Assembly (NCBI GenBank): GCA_021845905.1
Contig: JAJZVA010000006.1
Coordinates: forward strand, 6,532-70,531
Direction: 5' to 3'
DNA: 64,000 nt
Origin: Pseudomonadota bacterium
GTDB taxonomy: Bacteria > Pseudomonadota > Alphaproteobacteria > Micavibrionales > UBA2020
Shown here: one piece after another, positions 21,013 through 31,011 of the stretch
How the letters are laid out: every line of letters starts with the position of its first letter
Numbering within the stretch: the first letter of the stretch is position 1
Notes under the pieces: generated by a model
Told to the model about the DNA's origin: nothing
The model's input: only the letters and a program-made list of their open reading frames with translations
The model's database searches: none
Program-made: the position numbers and the translations under genes

Positions 21013-21894
21013 ATGAAAAAAGCACCACGTTTCCGTAGCGTCTTGAGTAGCCTTGCAGCTTTCCTGACGGCGCTTCTCGTCAGCTCACCCGCTTTCGCCG
21101 TCCTCGGCCAGCCGGTTCCGGGCGCCATCGGGTTGCAAGCGCCGGGATCGCCGATGAAAATCCGCCAGGATGCCTTCTTCAACAACCTGCTGTTGCCCAT
21201 CGCCGCGGGCATATGCCTGCTGGTCTTCGTTCTTCTCCTGATCATCATCGTGCGCTTCAACGCCAAAGCCAATCCCGTGCCGTCGAAAACCACGCACAAC
21301 ACACCGCTGGAAGTCGCCTGGACGCTGATTCCCGTGCTGATCCTCACGATCATGGCCGTACCCTCGATCAAACTGCTCTTCTATCTCAACAGCACGCCCG
21401 ACCCGCAGATGACGCTCGAAGCCACGGGCAGCCAGTGGTTCTGGACATACACCTACCCGCAGAACGGCGATATCAAGCTGATCAGCACCATCGTGCGCGG
21501 CAAAGACCTCAAGCCCGGCGAACCGCGCCTGCTCACCGCGCGCAATCCCGCCGTCCTGCCGATCGACACCAATATCAGGATACTGACCGCCGCGACGGAC
21601 GTGATCCACTCCTGGTCGGTGCCGTCGCTCGGCGTGAAGCTCGACGCCATTCCCGGCCGCATCAATTCCACATGGGTGCGCATCGACAAGGTCGGCACCT
21701 ACTACGGCCAGTGCTCGCAGCTCTGCGGTCAGGGCCATGCCTACATGCCCATCGAGGTCAAGGCCGTGACAAAGGCCGACTTCGTCAAATGGCTGCATCA
21801 GGAAGGCGGCAAAACAGTCGGGGAAATCGCGGCTGAAAAGACAGCGGCGGACGCAAAAGCAGCCGCACCCGCCGCAAAAGAACACAAGAAATAA
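21013..21894 (+). CDS. coxB: Cytochrome c oxidase subunit II
   Basis: [21 protein letters not shown], CuA motif [13 protein letters not shown]. Confidence 0.96.
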   Translation: MKKAPRFRSVLSSLAAFLTALLVSSPAFAVLGQPVPGAIGLQAPGSPMKIRQDAFFNNLLLPIAAGICLLVFVLLLIIIVRFNAKANPVPSKTTHNTPLEVAWTLIPVLILTIMAVPSIKLLFYLNSTPDPQMTLEATGSQWFWTYTYPQNGDIKLISTIVRGKDLKPGEPRLLTARNPAVLPIDTNIRILTAATDVIHSWSVPSLGVKLDAIPGRINSTWVRIDKVGTYYGQCSQLCGQGHAYMPIEVKAVTKADFVKWLHQEGGKTVGEIAAEKTAADAKAAAPAAKEHKK

Positions 21895-21911
21895 GCAAAC
21901 AGGAGAAAGAC

Positions 21912-23561
21912 ATGTCAGGCACCGCTCACGCCGTCGCGCACAACGATGATCACGCGCACGACCACAAGCCCGGGTTTTTCGCCCGCTGGTTCTGCTCGAC
22001 GAACCACAAGGATATCGGCACGCTCTACCTGTTCTTCGCCTGCTTCGCGGGGATCATCGGCGGAGCGATGTCGATGCTGATGCGCGCCGAATTGCAAAAA
22101 CCCGGCCTGCAAATCGTCGGCCGCGGCGACTTTCTCAACAACCTCATGCACGGCGGCACCGCGGATCCGGGCCAGCTGTGGAACGTGCTCGTCACGGCGC
22201 ACGGCCTCACCATGGTGTTTTTCGTCGTCATGCCCGCGCTGATCGGCGGCTTCGGCAACTGGTTCATCCCGCTGATGATCGGCGCGCCCGACATGGCCTT
22301 TCCGCGCATGAACAACCTTTCGTTCTGGCTGCTCGTTCCCGCTTTCCTGCTGCTGATGGGCTCCGCTTTCGTCGGCATGGGCGCAGGCACCGGCTGGACG
22401 CTTTATCCGCCGCTGTCGAGCTCGCTCGGCCATCCCGGCCCGTCGGTGGACATGGTCATCTTCGCCCTGCACCTCGCGGGCGCGTCGTCGATCCTCGGCG
22501 CGGCCAACTTCATCACCACCATCTTCAACATGCGCGCGCCCGGCATGACGCTGCACAAAATGCCGCTGTTCATCTGGTCGATGCTCGTCACGGCGTTTTT
22601 GCTGGTGCTGGCGGTTCCGGTGCTGGCCGGCGCCATCACCATGCTGCTGACCGACCGCAACTTCGGCACCGCCTTCTTCAAGCCCGAGGCGGGCGGCGAC
22701 CCGCTGTTGTTCCAGCACCTCTTCTGGTTCTTCGGTCACCCTGAAGTCTACATCATGATTTTGCCCGCCTTCGGCATCATCAGCCAGATCGTCTCGACCT
22801 TCTCCAAAAAGCCGATCTTCGGCTACCTCGGCATGGCTTACGCAATGGTCTCGATCGGCTTCGTCGGCTTCGTCGTCTGGGCGCACCACATGTACACCAC
22901 CGGCCTCGGCGTCGACGTGCGCACCTATTTCACCATCGCCACGCTCGTCATCGCCGTGCCGACCGGCGTCAAGGTCTTCTCGTGGATCGCGACGATGTGG
23001 GGCGGCTCGATCGAGTTCAAGACGCCGATGCTCTGGGCGGTCGGGTTCATCTTCCTCTTCACCGTCGGCGGCGTCTCCGGCGTCATGCTCGCCAACGCGG
23101 GCGAGGACATCGTTTTGCACGACACCTACTTCGTCATAGCGCACTTCCACTACGTGCTGTCGCTCGGGGCCGTCTTCGCCATCTTCGCGGGCTGGTACTA
23201 CTGGATCGGCAAAATGTCCGGCCGCCAGTATCCCGAATGGGCGGGCAAGGTGCACTTCTGGACGACCTTCATCGGCGTGAACATCACCTTCTTCCCGATG
23301 CACTTCCTGGGGCTTCAGGGCATGCCGCGCCGCATCCCCGATTACCCGACGGCCTTCGCGCACTGGAACGAGGTCGCCTCCTACGGCGCCTATATCGTCG
23401 GCGCCTCGACGGTCTTCTTCATCTTCATGGCCGTCTACACGCTGGTCGCGGGCGAAAAGGTCGGCGGCAATTACTGGGGCGAAGGCGCGAACACGCTGGA
23501 ATGGACGGTTTCCTCTCCGCCGCCGTTCCACCAGTTCACCACCCAGCCGATCGTGAAATAA
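21912..23561 (+). CDS. coxA: Cytochrome c oxidase subunit I
   Basis: [35 protein letters not shown]. Confidence 0.98.
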   Translation: MSGTAHAVAHNDDHAHDHKPGFFARWFCSTNHKDIGTLYLFFACFAGIIGGAMSMLMRAELQKPGLQIVGRGDFLNNLMHGGTADPGQLWNVLVTAHGLTMVFFVVMPALIGGFGNWFIPLMIGAPDMAFPRMNNLSFWLLVPAFLLLMGSAFVGMGAGTGWTLYPPLSSSLGHPGPSVDMVIFALHLAGASSILGAANFITTIFNMRAPGMTLHKMPLFIWSMLVTAFLLVLAVPVLAGAITMLLTDRNFGTAFFKPEAGGDPLLFQHLFWFFGHPEVYIMILPAFGIISQIVSTFSKKPIFGYLGMAYAMVSIGFVGFVVWAHHMYTTGLGVDVRTYFTIATLVIAVPTGVKVFSWIATMWGGSIEFKTPMLWAVGFIFLFTVGGVSGVMLANAGEDIVLHDTYFVIAHFHYVLSLGAVFAIFAGWYYWIGKMSGRQYPEWAGKVHFWTTFIGVNITFFPMHFLGLQGMPRRIPDYPTAFAHWNEVASYGAYIVGASTVFFIFMAVYTLVAGEKVGGNYWGEGANTLEWTVSSPPPFHQFTTQPIVK

Positions 23562-23567
23562 GGAACA

Positions 23568-24479
23568 ATGACAACGCTCGCCGCACAGACGGAAACCAAA
23601 GCAGACACGGGAACGGTCTCCGACTTCTTCGAACTGCTGAAGCCACGCGTGATGACTCTCGTCGTCTTCACCGGCGTGGCGGGCATCGTGCTGGCGCCGG
23701 GCGGCATCGGCTTCACGGGCGATGCGCTGCACCCGTTCCTCGCCTTCGTCGCCGTCTTGTGCATCGCCATCGGCGCGGGCGCGGCGGGCGCGATCAACAT
23801 GTGGTACGAACGCGACATCGATGCCGTCATGAGCCGCACGCAAAAACGCCCGCTGCCGCAAGGCCGCATCGATCCTGACGAGGCGGTTTCCTTCGGCGCG
23901 GTGCTGACCGTTCTCGCCGTCTTCCTCATGGGCGTCGCGCTCAACTGGGTCGCGGCGGCGTTGCTGGCTTTCGCTTCGTTTTTCTACGTCTTCGTCTACA
24001 CCGTCTGGCTGAAGCGCCGCACCCCGCAGAATATCGTCATCGGCGGCGCGGCAGGCGCTTTTCCGCCGATGATCGGCTGGGCGGCGGTGACGGGACATGT
24101 CTCTCCCGAATCCATCATGCTCTTCGCGCTGATCTTCCTGTGGACGCCGCCGCATTTCTGGTCGCTCGCGCTCTACAAGAACGCCGACTACAAAAAAGCC
24201 GGGATTCCGATGCTGCCCGTCGTCGCGGGCGCGCGCGCCACCCGCCAGCAGATTCTGCTCTACAGCATCATTCTGACACCCTTCGTCTTCGCTCCTTATT
24301 TCATGCACCTCTGCGGCATGGTTTATCTGGCCGGCGCGGGCGTCTTGCAGGCGCTTTTCATCTTTTCCGCCGTGCGCGTCCGGCTCGACAGGGGCTTCAA
24401 GTCCGCGAAGGTCATGTTCGGCTATTCGATCTTTTACCTCTTCGGCCTCTTCGCGCTGATGATGATCGGGAAGGTCTGA
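23568..24479 (+). CDS. ctaB: Protoheme IX farnesyltransferase (heme O synthase)
   Basis: LLKPRVM, ERDIDAVMSRT..RPLP, LKRRTPQNIVIGG, WTPPHFW. Confidence 0.96.
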   Translation: MTTLAAQTETKADTGTVSDFFELLKPRVMTLVVFTGVAGIVLAPGGIGFTGDALHPFLAFVAVLCIAIGAGAAGAINMWYERDIDAVMSRTQKRPLPQGRIDPDEAVSFGAVLTVLAVFLMGVALNWVAAALLAFASFFYVFVYTVWLKRRTPQNIVIGGAAGAFPPMIGWAAVTGHVSPESIMLFALIFLWTPPHFWSLALYKNADYKKAGIPMLPVVAGARATRQQILLYSIILTPFVFAPYFMHLCGMVYLAGAGVLQALFIFSAVRVRLDRGFKSAKVMFGYSIFYLFGLFALMMIGKV

Positions 24480-24480
24480 C

Positions 24481-24699
24481 ATGCCGCTTGATCCGCTCCA
24501 CGAACAGAAGAAAAGAAAAAACTACGCCGTGCTCATGGCGTTGCTCTGCTTCGCGCTGATCATCTTTTTCGTCAGCATCATCCGCATGAAAGAGCGCGTC
24601 CGCGACAACATGCAAAAGTACCCGGGCCTGCAAACGGCCGTTACAGCACCGCACGCCGCAAAACCTCCCGCGGCATCATCCCAGCAAAGGAAGGAATGA
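24481..24699 (+). CDS. Small single-TM protein of the cox cluster (CoxF-like)
   Basis: KKRKNYAV followed by a TM helix; typical position after ctaB in alphaproteobacteria. Confidence 0.7.
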   Translation: MPLDPLHEQKKRKNYAVLMALLCFALIIFFVSIIRMKERVRDNMQKYPGLQTAVTAPHAAKPPAASSQQRKE

Positions 24700-24703
24700 T
24701 CCC

Positions 24704-25540
24704 ATGTCGAACGAACCTGTTTACGACCTGAAAAGCGGCAAGCAAACTCCGTTTTTCGTTCCCAAGCCGAGCCCGTGGCCGTTCCTGGGCGCGATGGCGG
24801 CGGGCACGCTGGCCGTCAGCGCGGTGCTTTACATGCACCACATCAAGCTCGGCGGTTTTCACTTCGGCCTCAAGGAAGTGGGGCTCGGGTTTCTCTGCGT
24901 CCTCGCCGTGATGTGGGTGTGGTGGCGCGACGTCATCAAGGAAGCTTTCGTAGACAAATCCCTCACCAAAGAAACCACCACCGGCCTGCGCTACGGCATG
25001 GCGCTGTTCATCTCTTCGGAAGTGATGTTTTTCGTCGCCTTTTTCTGGGCGTTCTTCAATTCAAGCCTCTTTCCCAAAGCGGCGATCGACTTCACCTGGC
25101 CGCCCAAAGGGATCGCCGTCACGCCCGCGTTCGACCTGCCCTTCATGATGACCATGATCCTGTTGCTCTCGGGCTGCGCCGTCACCTGGGCGCACCATTG
25201 CGTGCTGGAAAACAAGAAGGATGAGTCGGTCAAGGCGCTGGCGGTGACCGTCGGCCTCGGGCTGTTCTTCACCTGCTGCCAGGCGTTTGAATATTATCAC
25301 GCCACCTATCACTTCACCGGCGGCATCTATCCTTCGACCTTCTTCATGGCGACGGGCTTTCACGGTCTGCACGTGATCATCGGCAGCATCTTTCTCACCG
25401 TCTGCCTGTTCCGCGCCGCCAAAGGGCATTTTTCCAAGGAGCGCCACTTCGGGCTTGAAGCCGCCGCATGGTACTGGCACTTCGTCGACGTGGTATGGCT
25501 GTTCCTCTTCATCTGCATCTACTGGTGGGGCAACAGTTGA
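24704..25540 (+). CDS. coxC: Cytochrome c oxidase subunit III
   Basis: PSPWP, LFISSEVMFF, ATGFHGLHV, AAWYWHFVDVVW. Confidence 0.97.
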   Translation: MSNEPVYDLKSGKQTPFFVPKPSPWPFLGAMAAGTLAVSAVLYMHHIKLGGFHFGLKEVGLGFLCVLAVMWVWWRDVIKEAFVDKSLTKETTTGLRYGMALFISSEVMFFVAFFWAFFNSSLFPKAAIDFTWPPKGIAVTPAFDLPFMMTMILLLSGCAVTWAHHCVLENKKDESVKALAVTVGLGLFFTCCQAFEYYHATYHFTGGIYPSTFFMATGFHGLHVIIGSIFLTVCLFRAAKGHFSKERHFGLEAAAWYWHFVDVVWLFLFICIYWWGNS

Positions 25541-25884
25541 GCCTTTTCGCGGATCTGGCTTTCGCGCTCAAGGCGCGTTGCCCCGTCTGCCGCGAAGGCC
25601 GCCTGTTCAAGCCGTGGTCGGTCGATCCGGTCGATGAATGTTCCGTCTGCCATGCGCGCCTCGGCGAAACGGATGTCGGCGACGGCGCTTCCGTCTTCCT
25701 GATTTTTCTGCTCGGCGCGACGATCGTGCCGCTGGCGCTGGTGGTCGATCACTTCTTCAGCCCGCCGCTGTGGGTGCATGCGGTTTTATGGGGCAGCGTG
25801 ATGCTCGGGCTGATCATCGTCATCCTGCCCGCGGTCAAATCCTATATCATCCTTCTGGAATACCGTCACCGCCCGAAGCGCTGA
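25537..25884 (+). CDS. DUF983 family protein
   Basis: CPVCREGRLF...CSVC...DVGDG plus two TM helices with PPLWVH; probable TTG start overlapping the coxC stop. Confidence 0.85.
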   Translation: MSLFADLAFALKARCPVCREGRLFKPWSVDPVDECSVCHARLGETDVGDGASVFLIFLLGATIVPLALVVDHFFSPPLWVHAVLWGSVMLGLIIVILPAVKSYIILLEYRHRPKR

Positions 25885-26426
25885 AAAATGCCGGGAAAAC
25901 TTTTCCGCCGTGCGTAAGAAGGGTCTTTCAGAAACTTTTCCAGCACGGCCTTGAAGAGCTTTCTTTTTTCGCGCGCTTTGGCGTCGTCGGTGCAATATCC
26001 GGTCTGCCGACGCCATTTCAGCAGATAATAATCCTCGATGATCGCCGCCTGCTGTTCCATGTCGTAATCGGTCAGGTCTTTTTTGGGGTCGAGTGAAAAA
26101 TAATAGGCATCGGCATAATTGAACTTGTGCTTCAGCTGAAGCCTTGCCGCTTCGACAACCGGCTGAAGTATCTTGTTCTGGTACTGCCAGACATGCGTCA
26201 TCTCGTGCATGAAAAAGGCGCGCCGCGCCAGCGGCTCGGCGGCATAGTCCGCGCTGTAGCACCCGTGGGCGTATATCTCCCCGTTGGGCGTCATGCCGGA
26301 GTTCTTCGGCTGGAACCTGACGCAGGGCCGGTCGTGAACTTTCACGGCGGCGTAATCGATGGAATCGCCGAAGAGACTTTTGGCCAGTTCGATTTCGCCT
26401 GAAGTCAGCTGACGCGATGGATGCAC
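25866..26426 (-). CDS. HEXXH putative zinc metalloprotease-like protein (DUF4157-like)
   Basis: RQLTSGEI.LA..LFGDSIDY..V, MTPNGEIY, FMHEMTHVWQYQ, MEQQA. Confidence 0.75.
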   Translation of the reverse strand: MHPSRQLTSGEIELAKSLFGDSIDYAAVKVHDRPCVRFQPKNSGMTPNGEIYAHGCYSADYAAEPLARRAFFMHEMTHVWQYQNKILQPVVEAARLQLKHKFNYADAYYFSLDPKKDLTDYDMEQQAAIIEDYYLLKWRRQTGYCTDDAKAREKRKLFKAVLEKFLKDPSYARRKSFPGIFQRFGR

Positions 26427-26527
26427 TGTGTTTTTCCTTTTGTTATGCCAACTACAAACTACTCAATTCCGTAAAAAACGGCAAATGAAATCTACCGCTT
26501 TCGATTTAAAGATTTTATCATGCGGAC

Positions 26528-27205
26528 ATGAAGACATTCCGCCCGCCATTGCCTGCCGCCGTCGCCTCTTTGCTGACATTTGCCTTTCTCGCCGGTCTCG
26601 GCGTCTGGCAGGTTCAGCGCCTGCACTGGAAGACGGCATTGCTCGACAAAATCCATACCCGCATGGCGCAAGCCTCCGCTCCCTTGCCGGAGAAAATCAA
26701 AAATCCGCAAAACTGGGAATTCCGCCGCGTATCCATGGCGGGGCGTTATCTTTCCGGCCATGATTTCCTGCTCATGCCGCGCACCTATCACGGGCAGAAC
26801 GGGTTTTATATGATCGTGCCGTTCCTGCGGCTCTCGGGCGGCACGGTGCTGGTCAACCGCGGCTGGGTCTCGAAAGCGCTGCTGCCCAAGGTCACGCGCC
26901 CGCAAGGCATCGTCGAGCTGCACGGCATCATCACGTTGCCGCATAAAAATTCCTTCACGCCCGCCAACGTGCCGCAGAAAAACGAATGGTACTGGCCGGA
27001 TATCCAGGCCATGGCGCGAACGGCGCATTTGCAAAACGTCGCGCCGGTCATCTTCACGCTCGACAAGACGCCGGCGGGCGTTTATCCGGTCGGCGGCAGG
27101 GCGCGCACCCGTTTTCCCAACCACCACCTGCAATACGCGATCTTCTGGTTCCTGATGGCGCTGGCGTCGCAGGTGGCCTTTGTTCTGCGTTTCCGGCAGG
27201 AATGA
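26528..27205 (+). CDS. SURF1 family cytochrome oxidase assembly protein
   Basis: LGVWQVQRLHWK, VLVNRGWV, NHHLQYAIFWF. Confidence 0.93.
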   Translation: MKTFRPPLPAAVASLLTFAFLAGLGVWQVQRLHWKTALLDKIHTRMAQASAPLPEKIKNPQNWEFRRVSMAGRYLSGHDFLLMPRTYHGQNGFYMIVPFLRLSGGTVLVNRGWVSKALLPKVTRPQGIVELHGIITLPHKNSFTPANVPQKNEWYWPDIQAMARTAHLQNVAPVIFTLDKTPAGVYPVGGRARTRFPNHHLQYAIFWFLMALASQVAFVLRFRQE

Positions 27206-28599
27206 CACTCTCATACATCAGCACGCGCGGAAAAGCGCCCAAGCTCGGCTTCACCGGAACGACGCTGGCCGGCCTTGCGCGCGACGGCGGGCTTTACGTG
27301 CCTGAAACCCTGCCTGCCTTGCCTGATATCTCCGGTTTGCTTTATGCGCAAGCGGCTTTCAGCGTGATGGCGCCGTTCGTCGGCGATGACATTCCGCCAG
27401 CGGATTTGAAAAACATCATTGATGCGTCTTACAAGGTTTTCTCGCATCCCGATATCGCGCCGTTGCATCAGCTGGATGACAACTTTTATCTGCTGGAACT
27501 GTTCCACGGGCCGACACTGGCGTTCAAGGATGTCGCCTTGCAGTTCCTCGGCAATCTTTTCGATTTCATTCTCTCCCGCAAAGACGCGCGCGTGACGATC
27601 ATCGGCGCGACCTCGGGCGACACGGGTTCCGCAGCCATCGAGGCCTTCAAAGGCAAGAAGAACGCGGATATTTTCATCCTTCATCCGCGCGGCCGCGTCT
27701 CCGAGGTGCAGCGGCGGCAGATGACGACTGTGGATGCGACGAACGTCTTCAACATCGCGGTCGAGGGCAGCTTCGACGACTGCCAGAACATCGTCAAGGC
27801 ACTGTTCAACGACGAAACTTTCCGCGACGATATGGCGCTCTCCGCCGTCAACTCCATCAACTGGGCGCGCATCCTCGCGCAAGTCGTCTATTACGCCCAC
27901 GCCGCGGCGCGGCTTGCTAAACCCGTGACCTTCTGCGTGCCGACGGGAAACTTCGGTAATATCTATGCGGGGCACGTGGCGCGCGGCCTGAAAAAGCAGG
28001 TCGGTGGCGCGCAAATCGAAAAGCTCATCGTCGCCACCAACCGCAACGACATCCTGCACCGCTTCTTCGCAGGCGGCGAGATGAAAACCCACGCCGTCGC
28101 GCCTTCGCTCAGCCCGAGCATGGATATCCAGATCTCCAGCAATTTCGAGAGACTTTTGTTCGAGTTGCAAAACCGCGATGGCGCAACAACCGGCGCAACA
28201 ATGAAAACCTTCCGCGAAACAGGCGCGTTCAAAGCCCCGGCCGGGATCATGGCGCAACTCAAAAAAGGTTTCGCCAGCGGACGGCTGGATGACGCGGAAA
28301 CGCTTGCCACAATCAAGGCAACCCATGATAAATACGGTTATACCGCCGACCCGCACACCGCCGTCGGCCTCGGCGTCGCGGAAAACTGGCGCGCAAAAAA
28401 TCCCGAAACCGCGCTCGTCGCGCTGGCCACCGCCCATCCCGCCAAGTTCCCCGATGCCGTCAAACAGGCCACAGGCTTTGCGCCCGCCCTGCCGCCGTTT
28501 CTGGCCGACCTTTACGACCGCCCGGAAAAATGCGACGCCCTGCCCGCCGACCCGGCCGCCGTGCAAAAATATATGCGGGAACGGGCGCATAAACGATAA
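27202..28599 (+). CDS. thrC: Threonine synthase
   Basis: YISTRG, LELFHGPTLAFKD, ATSGDTGSAA, VPTGNFGN, ATAHPAKF. Confidence 0.97.
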   Translation: MTLSYISTRGKAPKLGFTGTTLAGLARDGGLYVPETLPALPDISGLLYAQAAFSVMAPFVGDDIPPADLKNIIDASYKVFSHPDIAPLHQLDDNFYLLELFHGPTLAFKDVALQFLGNLFDFILSRKDARVTIIGATSGDTGSAAIEAFKGKKNADIFILHPRGRVSEVQRRQMTTVDATNVFNIAVEGSFDDCQNIVKALFNDETFRDDMALSAVNSINWARILAQVVYYAHAAARLAKPVTFCVPTGNFGNIYAGHVARGLKKQVGGAQIEKLIVATNRNDILHRFFAGGEMKTHAVAPSLSPSMDIQISSNFERLLFELQNRDGATTGATMKTFRETGAFKAPAGIMAQLKKGFASGRLDDAETLATIKATHDKYGYTADPHTAVGLGVAENWRAKNPETALVALATAHPAKFPDAVKQATGFAPALPPFLADLYDRPEKCDALPADPAAVQKYMRERAHKR

Positions 28600-28673
28600 T
28601 TTTATTGCTTAAAAACTGAAATGCCCGCTGGAAATATGCCGCCGGAGCGGGTAATGTCCAATATCGCACACAC

Positions 28674-30008
28674 ATGAACAGGCCGAAAACGCAACCCGCC
28701 ATGGCGCAGAAAACCTATAGCAATGTCAACCGGCTGAGCCTGTTCGAGCGGCCTCTGGCCAGCGGCAAGGCGCCGGAAAAATTCACTTTTTATAATTATC
28801 TCACCTTCCGCAACATCGTTGTCGGCCTCGGCATCGTCGCCTTGCTGGTTTTTCTGGCGAACGCGGTTTCAGGTCGCGTCGCCTTCATGACCGGCGCACT
28901 GATCGCCTTTGCGCTGCTGGTGCTGGCGGAAATGGCCTCGCGCCGCCGCTGGGAAAAAGACATCCTCGAACAGCTCCAGCATATGGGCCGCGATTACGAC
29001 CGCCTCGTGCGCGACGTCGCCCGCAACCGCAACGACACCGCGCTTTTGCGCAAAGACCTCTCCGTCGCGGCGGCGACCGTCGCGCGGAGCTACGACAGAT
29101 CGACGGACGAGCAGATCGACCAGCGCATTCTCAAGGGCCTGATCGACCAGCTGGCCAAACTCGATACCCTGCCCGCCGCCGATCAGGAGGAAATCGACAT
29201 CATCCCCGAAGAAGATTTGGGCATCACGGAAGGCGCGGATCCGGAGAAAATCGGCCTTCACCTCACCGAAACGCAAGTGCTGCAACTCGTCCAGAACGCG
29301 ACCCGCCAGGACCGCGTCGACCTTTTCCTGCAGCCGATCGTCGGACTGCCCCAGCGCAAGGTGCGCTTTTACGAGATGTTGTCGCGCATCCGCATCAAGC
29401 CGGAAACGCATTTGCCCGCCAGCCGCTATATCGGCATCGCCCGCCGGCAGGAGCTCATTCCCATCATCGACAACCTGTTGCTGTTGCGCGGCCTGCAGAT
29501 CATCCGCAAATCCGAGGAAAACAACGCCGGCAACGCCTTCTTTTTCAACATCACCAGCCCTACTCTCAACGACCCGAAGTTCATGGGCGACCTCGTCGAA
29601 TTCATATCGCTCAACCGCACGCTGGCGCCCCGGCTGGTTTTCGAGCTCGCGCAGACCGATATCGCAGGCATGAGCGCGGACGTCCTGCCGATCCTCGACG
29701 GACTCTCGAAGCTCGGCTGCCGCTTCTCGATGGATCAGGTGCACGCCCTGAAATTCAACCTCGAGCAGCTTGAGTCGCGCCATGTCCGCTTCATCAAGGT
29801 CGAGGCCGCCGTGCTGGTGCGCGAAATCAGGGATGACAGCGGCCTGCAGCGCCTCAAGCGCCTGAAAGACGAATTCGACCGCAACGGCATAGACCTCATC
29901 GTCGAAAAAATAGAAACCGAACGCCAGTTGCTCGAAATCCTCGAGATCGACGTGGATTACGGCCAGGGCTATCTCTTCGGCAAGCCCGCGCTGTACGAGA
30001 AAAAATGA
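28674..30008 (+). CDS. Membrane-anchored degenerate EAL domain protein (TipF-like)
   Basis: Two TM helices, coiled coil, LQPIV..P.RKVRFYEMLSR, IKV, VEKIE, GQGYLFGKP; start may be 28701. Confidence 0.85.
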   Translation: MNRPKTQPAMAQKTYSNVNRLSLFERPLASGKAPEKFTFYNYLTFRNIVVGLGIVALLVFLANAVSGRVAFMTGALIAFALLVLAEMASRRRWEKDILEQLQHMGRDYDRLVRDVARNRNDTALLRKDLSVAAATVARSYDRSTDEQIDQRILKGLIDQLAKLDTLPAADQEEIDIIPEEDLGITEGADPEKIGLHLTETQVLQLVQNATRQDRVDLFLQPIVGLPQRKVRFYEMLSRIRIKPETHLPASRYIGIARRQELIPIIDNLLLLRGLQIIRKSEENNAGNAFFFNITSPTLNDPKFMGDLVEFISLNRTLAPRLVFELAQTDIAGMSADVLPILDGLSKLGCRFSMDQVHALKFNLEQLESRHVRFIKVEAAVLVREIRDDSGLQRLKRLKDEFDRNGIDLIVEKIETERQLLEILEIDVDYGQGYLFGKPALYEKK

Positions 30009-30871
30009 GCACGGAAACGCATCAGCCGCCGAAACACATATCCGGCCTTTCAGAAGTCGCCGGGCTTTACGACGGGCTCATCCTCGATCTGTGGGGCGTC
30101 GTGCATGACGGCGTCGCGCCGTTTCCCGATACCCTGCCCACGCTCGCCGCGCTTCAAAAAACAAAGAAGAAAGTCTGGCTGCTTTCAAACGCGCCGCGCC
30201 GCGCCGCCATCGTCGCCGCCAGACTCGAAGAAATGGGCATCATGCCGGACATGTACGGCGGCCTGCTGACCTCGGGCGAAGCAAGCTGGCAGGCCTTGCG
30301 GGACGGTCTGCTCGAACAGTGGGGAAACCGCTGTCTGCACATCGGGGCGCTCTTGCGCGACTCCAGCCTTTATGAAGGGCTCGACGTCGAAATCGTCTCC
30401 GATCCCGCGCGGGCGGATTTCATCCTCAACAGCGGCGTGGAGGATTTCTCCGATACCGCCGACAAATACATCCCCCTCCTGAAAAACTGCTTCCTGCACA
30501 ATCTTCCCATGCTATGCGCCAACCCCGACAAAATCGTCCATGTGAAGGAGCAACTGGTGGTCTGCGCCGGCACGCTCGCCGAAGCTTATGCGGCGCTGGG
30601 CGGCGAAGTCGTCTATTTTGGCAAACCCTACCGGAACGTCTACAGCCGCTGCCTGCGCGATATGGAAACCGCCAACGTCCTTGCCGTCGGCGACGCCATG
30701 CAAACGGACATAGCAGGCGCCACCGGCGCGGGGGTTGATTCCGTCCTTGTCACGTCGGGCATTCACCGCGACGCGTTTTCTCCGGCTCAAACGGAAGCCA
30801 CGCAGCATAAAGACTTTTTTGCCGGTTATCTTTTTCGGCCGCAATATACAATCGATAAGCTGTTCTGGTAA
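30005..30871 (+). CDS. HAD-IIA hydrolase (TIGR01459-like)
   Basis: DLWGVVHDG, LSNAPR, CANPD, GKPY, VGDAMQTDIAGA. Confidence 0.9.
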   Translation: MSTETHQPPKHISGLSEVAGLYDGLILDLWGVVHDGVAPFPDTLPTLAALQKTKKKVWLLSNAPRRAAIVAARLEEMGIMPDMYGGLLTSGEASWQALRDGLLEQWGNRCLHIGALLRDSSLYEGLDVEIVSDPARADFILNSGVEDFSDTADKYIPLLKNCFLHNLPMLCANPDKIVHVKEQLVVCAGTLAEAYAALGGEVVYFGKPYRNVYSRCLRDMETANVLAVGDAMQTDIAGATGAGVDSVLVTSGIHRDAFSPAQTEATQHKDFFAGYLFRPQYTIDKLFW

Positions 30872-30942
30872 ATAATAATTAAAAATCAAATACTTACGGT
30901 TATTTTTCTGTTCCCTAAAATTTTTCATAAATTACGAATAGT

Positions 30943-30971
30943 TTGACGATTTTAAGAAAAAGACATATGAT
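30943..30971 (+). promoter_or_regulatory. Sigma70-like promoter upstream of the DotA-like gene
   Basis: TTGACG-N17-TATGAT. Confidence 0.6.
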
Positions 30972-31011
30972 GTAAGAATAGCTGTAGCGGGTTCTTTTCC
31001 GGGGGAAATTC

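Noticed and set aside
21915-24482. Long antisense ORFs (also 41237-43660, 45271-47328, 11671-13977 and others)
   Set aside because: Shadow frames typical of high-GC coding DNA opposite well-supported genes
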